Shown here piece after piece: positions 59,401 through 64,000 of a stretch of 64,000 bases of DNA (position 1 is its first letter; each line of letters opens with the position of its first letter). Position numbers and translations under genes: made by a program. Where the stretch lies: positions 130,758,001-130,822,000 of the forward strand of contig OZ024743.1 of assembly GCA_964016885.1 (NCBI GenBank), written 5' to 3'. The notes below the pieces were generated by a model. That model was not told the origin of the DNA. It was given only the letters and a program-made list of their open reading frames with translations, and searched no databases. The DNA is from Eledone cirrhosa. Lineage: Eukaryota.

Positions 59401-62400
59401 GGTGCTTGGTGCTTGGTGCTTGGGGCTTGGTGTTTGGTGCTTGGTGCTTGGTTCTTGGTGCTTGGTGTTTGGTGCTTGGTGCTTGGTGCTGGGTGTTTGG
59501 TGCTTGGTGCTTGGTGTTTGGTGCATGGTGCTTGGTGCTTGGTGTTTGTCGCTTGGTGCTTGGTGCTTGGTGTTTGGTGCTTGGTGTTTGGTGTTTGGTG
59601 TTTGGTGCTTGCTGTTTGGTGCTTGGTGCTTGGTGCTTGGGGCTTGGTGTTTGGTGCTTGGTGCTTGGTTCTTGGTGCTTGGTGTTTGGTGCTTGGTGCT
59701 TGGTGCTGGGTGTTTGGTGCTTGGTGCTTGGTGTTTGGTGCATGGTGCTTGGTGCTTGGTGTTTGTCGCTTGGTGCTTGGTGCTTGGTGTTTGGTGCTTG
59801 GTGTTTGGTGTTTGGTGCTTGGTGCTGGGTGTTTGGTGTTTGCTGTTTGCTGTTTGGTGTTTGGTGTTTGCTGTTTGCTGTTTGGTGTCTGATTTTTCGT
59901 GTTTGGTGTTTGATGTATGGTGTTTGCTGTTTCATGTTTGGAGTTTGCTGTTTGCTGTTTGGTGTTTCCTGTTTGCTGTTTGGTGTTTGGTGCTTGGTTC
60001 TTGGTGCTTGGTGCTTGGTGTTTGGTGCTTAGTGCTTGGTGTTTGGTGCTTGGTGCCTGGTGATTGTTGTTTGGTGTTTGGTGCTTGGCGCTTGATGTTT
60101 GGTGTTTGGTGCTTGGTGTCTGGTGTTTGGTGCTTGGTGTTTGGTGTTTGGTGCTTGGTGCTTTGTGTTTGGTGTTTGGTGTTTGGTGCTTGGTGTTTGG
60201 TGTTTGGTGCTTTGTGCTTGGTGTTTGGTGCTTGGTGCTTGGTGTTTGATGCTTGGTGCTTGGTGCTTGGTGTTTGGTGCTTGGTGCTTGGTGTTTGTAC
60301 TTGGTGCTTGGTGCTTGGGGTTTGGTGCTTGGTTCTTGGTGTTTGGTGCTTGGTGTTTGGTGCTTGGTGCTTGGTGTTTGGTGCTTGGTGCTTGGTGTTT
60401 GGTGTTTGGTGTTTGGTGCTTGGTGCTTGGTGTTTGGTGTTTGGTGCTTGGTGTTTGATGCTTGGTGCTTGGTGCTTGGTGTTTGGTGCTTGGTGCTTGG
60501 TGTTTTGTGCTTCGTGCTTGGTGCTTGGTGTTTGGTGCATGGTGCTTGGTGTTTGGTGCTTGGTGCCTGGTGCTTGGTGTTTGGTGCTTGGTGCTTGGTG
60601 TTTGGTTTTTGGTGCTAGGTGCTTGGTGCTTGGTGTTTGGTGTTTGGTGCTTGGTGTTTGGTGCTTGGTGCTTGGTGCTGGATGGTTGGTGTTTGGTGCT
60701 TGGTGCTTGGTGTTTGGTGCTTGGTGCTTGGTGCTTGGTGTTTGGTGCTTGGTGCTTGGTGTTTGGTCTTTGATGTTTGGTGTTTAGTGCTTGGTGCTTG
60801 GTGCTTGGTGTTTGGTGCTTGGTGCTTGGTGCATTGTGATTAGTGTTTGGTGCTTGGTGTTTGGTGTTTGGTGTTTGGTGCTTGGTGTTTGGTGCTTGGT
60901 GCTTGGTGTTTGGTGTTTGGTGCTTGCTGCTTGGTGTTTGGTGTTTGGTGCTTGGTGCCTGGTGCTTGTTGTTTGGTGATTGGTGCTTGGTGTTTGCTGT
61001 TTGGTGCTGCGTGCTTGGTGCTTGGTGCTTGGTGCTTGGTGCTTGGTGTTTTGTGTTTGGTGTTTGATGCTTGGTGTTTGTTGTTTGGTGCTTGGTGCTT
61101 GGTGTTTGGTGTTTGATGCTTGGTGCTTGATGCTTGGTGCTTGGTGCTTGGTGGTTGGTGCTTGGTGCTTGATGTTTGTACTTGGTGCTTGGTGCTTGGT
61201 GTTTGGTGCTTGGTGTTTGGTGCTTGGTGCTTGGTGTTTGGTGCTTGGTGCTGGGTGTTTGGTGCTTGGTGTTTGGTGTTTGGTGCTTGGTGCTTGGTGA
61301 TTGGTGTTTTGTGTTTGTTGTTTGCTGTTTGGTGTTTGGTGTTTGCTCTTTGCTGTTTGGTGTCTGCTTTTTCGTGTTTGGTGTTTGCTGTATGGTGTTT
61401 GCTGTTTCATGTTTGGTGTTTGGTGCTTGGTGCTTGGTGCTTGGTGTTTGGTGTTTGGTGCTTGGTGTTTGGTGCTTAGTGCTTGGTGTTTGGTGTTTGG
61501 TGCTTGGTGCCTGGTGCTTGTTGTTTGGTGCTTGGTGCTTGGTGCTTGGTGTTTTGTGTTTGTTGTTTGCTGTTTGATGTTTGGTGTTTGCTCTTTGCTG
61601 TTTGGTGTCTGCTTTTTCGTGTTTGCTGTTTGCTGTTTGGTGTTTCCTATTTGCTGTTTGGTGTTTGGTGCTTGGTGCTTGGTGCTTGGTGTTTGGTGTT
61701 TGGTGCTTGGTGTTTGGTGCTTAGTGCTTGGTGTTTGGTGTTTGGTGCTTGGTGCCTGGTGCTTGATGTTTGGTGTTTGGTGCTTGGTGCTTGATGTTTG
61801 GTGTTTGGTGCTTGGTGTCTGGTGTTTGGTGCTTGGTGTTTGGTGTTTGGTGCTTGGTGCTTGGTGTTTGGTGTTTGGTGCTTGGTGCTCGGTGTTTGGT
61901 GTTTTGTGCTTGGTGTTTGGTGCTTGGTGCTTGGTGTTTGGTGTTTGGTGCTTGGTGCTTGGTGTTTGGTGCTTGGTGCTTGGTGTTTGTACTTGGTGCT
62001 TGGTGCTTGGTGTTTGGTGCTTGGTGCTTGGTGTTTGGTGCTTGGTTCTTGGTGTCTGGTGTTTGGTGCTTGGTGTTTGGTGTTTGGTGCTTGGTGCTTG
62101 GTGTTTGGTGTTTGGTGCTTGGTGCTTGGTGTTTGGTGTTTTGTGCTTGGTGTTTGGTGCTTGGTGCTTGGTGTTTGGTGTTTGGTGCTTGGTGCTTGGT
62201 GTTTGGTGCTTGGTGCTTGGTGTTTGTACTTGGTGCTTGGTGTTTGGTGTTTGGTGCTTGGTGCTTGGTGTTTGGTGCTTGGTGCTTGGTGTTTGTACTT
62301 GGTGCTTGGTGCTTGGTGTTTGGTGCTTGGTGCTTGGTGTTTGGTGCTTGGTTCTTGGTGTTTGGTGCTTGGTGCTTGGTGTTTGGTGCTTGGTGCTTGG

Positions 62401-64000
62401 TGTTTGGTGTTTGGTGCTTGGTGTTTGGTGCTTGGTGCTTGGTGCTTGGTGGTTGGTGTTAGGTGTTTGGTGCTTGGTGCTTGGTGTTTTGTGCTTGGTG
62501 CTTGGTGTTTGGTGCTTGGTGTTTGGTGCTTGGTGTTTGGTGTTTGGTGTTTGGTGCTTGGTGCTTGGTGTTTGGTGCTTGGTGCTTGGTGCTTGTTGTT
62601 TGGTGATTGGTGCTTGGTGCTTGGTGTTTGGTGTTTGGTGCTTGGGGCTTGGTGTTTGGTGCTGCATGCTTGGTGCTTGGTGCTTGGTGCTTGGTGTTTT
62701 GTGTATGGTGTTTGATGCTTGGTGTTTGGTGTTTGGTGTTTGGTGCTTGGGGCTTGGTGTTTGGTGCTGCATGCTTGGTGCTTGGTGCTTGGTGCTTGGT
62801 GTTTTGTGTATGGTGTTTGATTCTTGGTGTTTGGTGTTTGGTGCTTGGTGCTTGGTGTTTGGTGTTTGATGCTTGGTGTTTGGTGTTTGGTGCTTGGTGC
62901 TTGGTGTTTGGTGCTTGGTGCTTGGTGTTTGTACTTGGTGCTTGGTGCTTGGTGTTTGGTGCTTGGTGTTTGTTGCTTGGTGCTTGGTGTTTGGTGCTTG
63001 GTGCTTGGTGTTTGGTGCTTGGTGCTTGGTGTTTGGTGCTTGGTGTTTGGTGCTTGGTGCTTGGTGCTTGTTGTTAGGTGTTTGGTGCTTCATGCTTGGT
63101 GCTTGGTGTTTTGTGCTTTGTTCTTGGTGTTTGGTGCTTGGTGCCTGGTGCATGGTGTTTGTTGCTTGGTGCTTGGTGTTTGGTGTTTGGTGCTTGGTGT
63201 TTGGTGCTTGGTGCTTGATGCTTGGTGTTAGGTGTTAGGTGTTTGGTGCTTGGTGCTTGGTGCTTGGTGCTTGGTGCTTGGTGTTTGGTGCTTGCTGCTT
63301 GCTTCTTGCTGCTTGGTGTTTGGTGCTTGGTGATTGGTGCTTGGTGTTTGGTGCTTGGTGCTTGGTGCTTGGTGTTTGGTGGTTGGTGCTTGGTGCTTGG
63401 TGTTTGGTGCTAAGTGCTTGGTGCTTGGTGTTTAGGGCTTGGTGTTTGGTGCTTGGTGCTTCGTGCTTGGTGTTTGGTGCTTGGTGCTTGGTGTTTGGTG
63501 TTTGGTGCTTGGTGTTTGGTGCTTGGTGCTTGGTGCTGGGTGGTAGGCGTTCGGTGCTTGGTGCTTGGTGTTTGGTGCTTGGTGCTTGGTGCTTGGTGTT
63601 TGGTGCTTGGTGCTTGGTGCTTGGTCTTTGGTGCTTGGTGTTTGGTGTTTGGTGCTTGTTGCTTGGTGTTTGGTGCTTGGTGCTTGGTGATTAGTGTTTG
63701 GTGCTTGGTGCTTGGGGTTTGGTGTTGGTTCTTGGTGCTTGGTGTTTGGTGCTTGGTGCTTGGTGTTTGGTGCTTGGTGTTTGGTGTTTGCTGTTTGGTG
63801 TTTGGTGTTTGGTATTTGGTGTTTGCTTCTTGCTGTTTGGTGTCTGCTTTTTGGTGTTTGGTCTTTGCTCTATGGTGTTTGCTGTTTGGTGTTTGGTGTT
63901 TGGTTTTTGGTGTTTCCTATTTGGTCTTTAGTCTTTCGTGCTTGGTGTTTGGTGCTTGGTGCTTGGTATTTGGTGTTTGGTGCTTGGTGCTTGGTGTTTG
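56500..64000 (+). repeat. Divergent terminal satellite domain with a 4.6-4.9 kb spaced duplication (about 56640-59050 and 61230-64000)
   Basis: Variants seen only here (TTGTAC x8, TCATGC/TTCATGT, TTCCTAT, TAAGTGC, TTAGGGC). The offset grows from 4587 (56714 to 61301) to 4949 (58735 to 63684). Both offsets are exactly explained by 7n minus the number of enclosed 6-bp units (5 and 7). Confidence 0.87.

Larger units (their letters stand above)
116..63697 (+). repeat. Dispersed 14-bp landmark TTGGTGA-TTAGTGT (about 83 copies) marking starts of sub-units A-D
   Basis: Starts include 116, 1005, 1537, 1978, 2734, 3294, 3735, 4232, 4883, 5933, 6521, 6962, 7333 ... 56188, 58735, 60833 (variant), 63684. 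Variant TTGGTCA-TTAGTGT at 36006, 38819, 41066, 43865. These sites produce the recurrent 'VLGD*' ORF ends and 'MF..' ORF starts in the ORF track. Confidence 0.92.
1..64000 (+). repeat. Heptamer satellite array (TTGGTGY)n / (RCACCAA)n, about 9,140 monomers, head-to-tail, extends beyond both window ends
   Basis: Essentially every position parses into 7-mers TTGGTGC or TTGGTGT, or close variants (TTGATGT, TTGCTGT, TTGGGGC, CTGGTGC, TTGTTGT, TTGGTGA, TTAGTGT). The register (unit start mod 7) can be tracked from position 11 to 63991 with 23 shifts. No unique sequence and no inversion seen. Confidence 0.99.

Noticed and set aside
1760-63239. Scattered TTAGG words (TTGGTGT-TAGGTGT) as arthropod telomeric repeats
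   Set aside because: They are isolated single-substitution variants of the heptamer, kept in 7-bp register, and never form (TTAGG)n tracts.
116-63697. Box plus intervening sequence as a CRISPR-like repeat-spacer array
   Set aside because: The intervals are hundreds of bp, variable in length, made of the same heptamer and duplicated among themselves. There is no leader, palindromic repeat or cas gene.
130-63931. Hundreds of + strand hydrophobic ORFs (WCLVLGA repeats) as membrane proteins
   Set aside because: They overlap in all three frames, mostly start at TTG/GTG supplied by the repeat itself, and end at variant monomers. They are translation artefacts.
1-64000. Cyanobacterial STRR or other prokaryotic heptamer repeats
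   Set aside because: Those are short tracts between or within genes, and the STRR consensi I know differ. A gene-free array of at least 64 kb with HORs does not fit, although the source organism cannot be proven from the sequence.
1-64000. Synthetic sequence or basecalling/assembly artefact
   Set aside because: Nested duplications with shared and private variants, domain-wise divergence and arithmetically consistent rare indels point to a real evolutionary history. Individual duplications still need read-level confirmation.
1-64000. Inverted repeats, hairpins, terminators, tRNA/rRNA or transposon insertions
   Set aside because: No CACCAA-type (reverse-orientation) segment or non-repeat insert is visible on the + strand. 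The near absence of A and low C content preclude stable Watson-Crick stems.

Overview
The whole 64 kb window is one uninterrupted, single-orientation heptamer satellite, (TTGGTGY)n on + and (RCACCAA)n on -, about 9,140 monomers, running off both ends. I see no credible genes, RNA genes, mobile elements or CRISPR arrays. Every ORF in the track is a translation of the repeat (WCLVLGA/WCLVFGV on +, TKHQAPS/TKHQTPN on -). The array is layered rather than simple. (1) It uses two dominant monomers, TTGGTGC and TTGGTGT. (2) A 14-bp landmark, TTGGTGA-TTAGTGT, occurs about 83 times by hand count and starts four related sub-unit classes (A-D, mostly 0.4-0.9 kb). (3) These classes are arranged in higher-order repeats whose order changes by domain (ABCD cycles, then AD dimers, then a divergent terminal domain). 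(4) Recent in-register tandem duplications span 84 bp to about 5 kb. The 7-bp register is broken at only 23 sites, most of them copies of a few ancestral indels. This looks like eukaryotic heterochromatic (centromeric, pericentromeric or subtelomeric) satellite, but that is inference; neither organism nor function can be read from the sequence. Counts and offsets were made by hand, and duplication boundaries are approximate.
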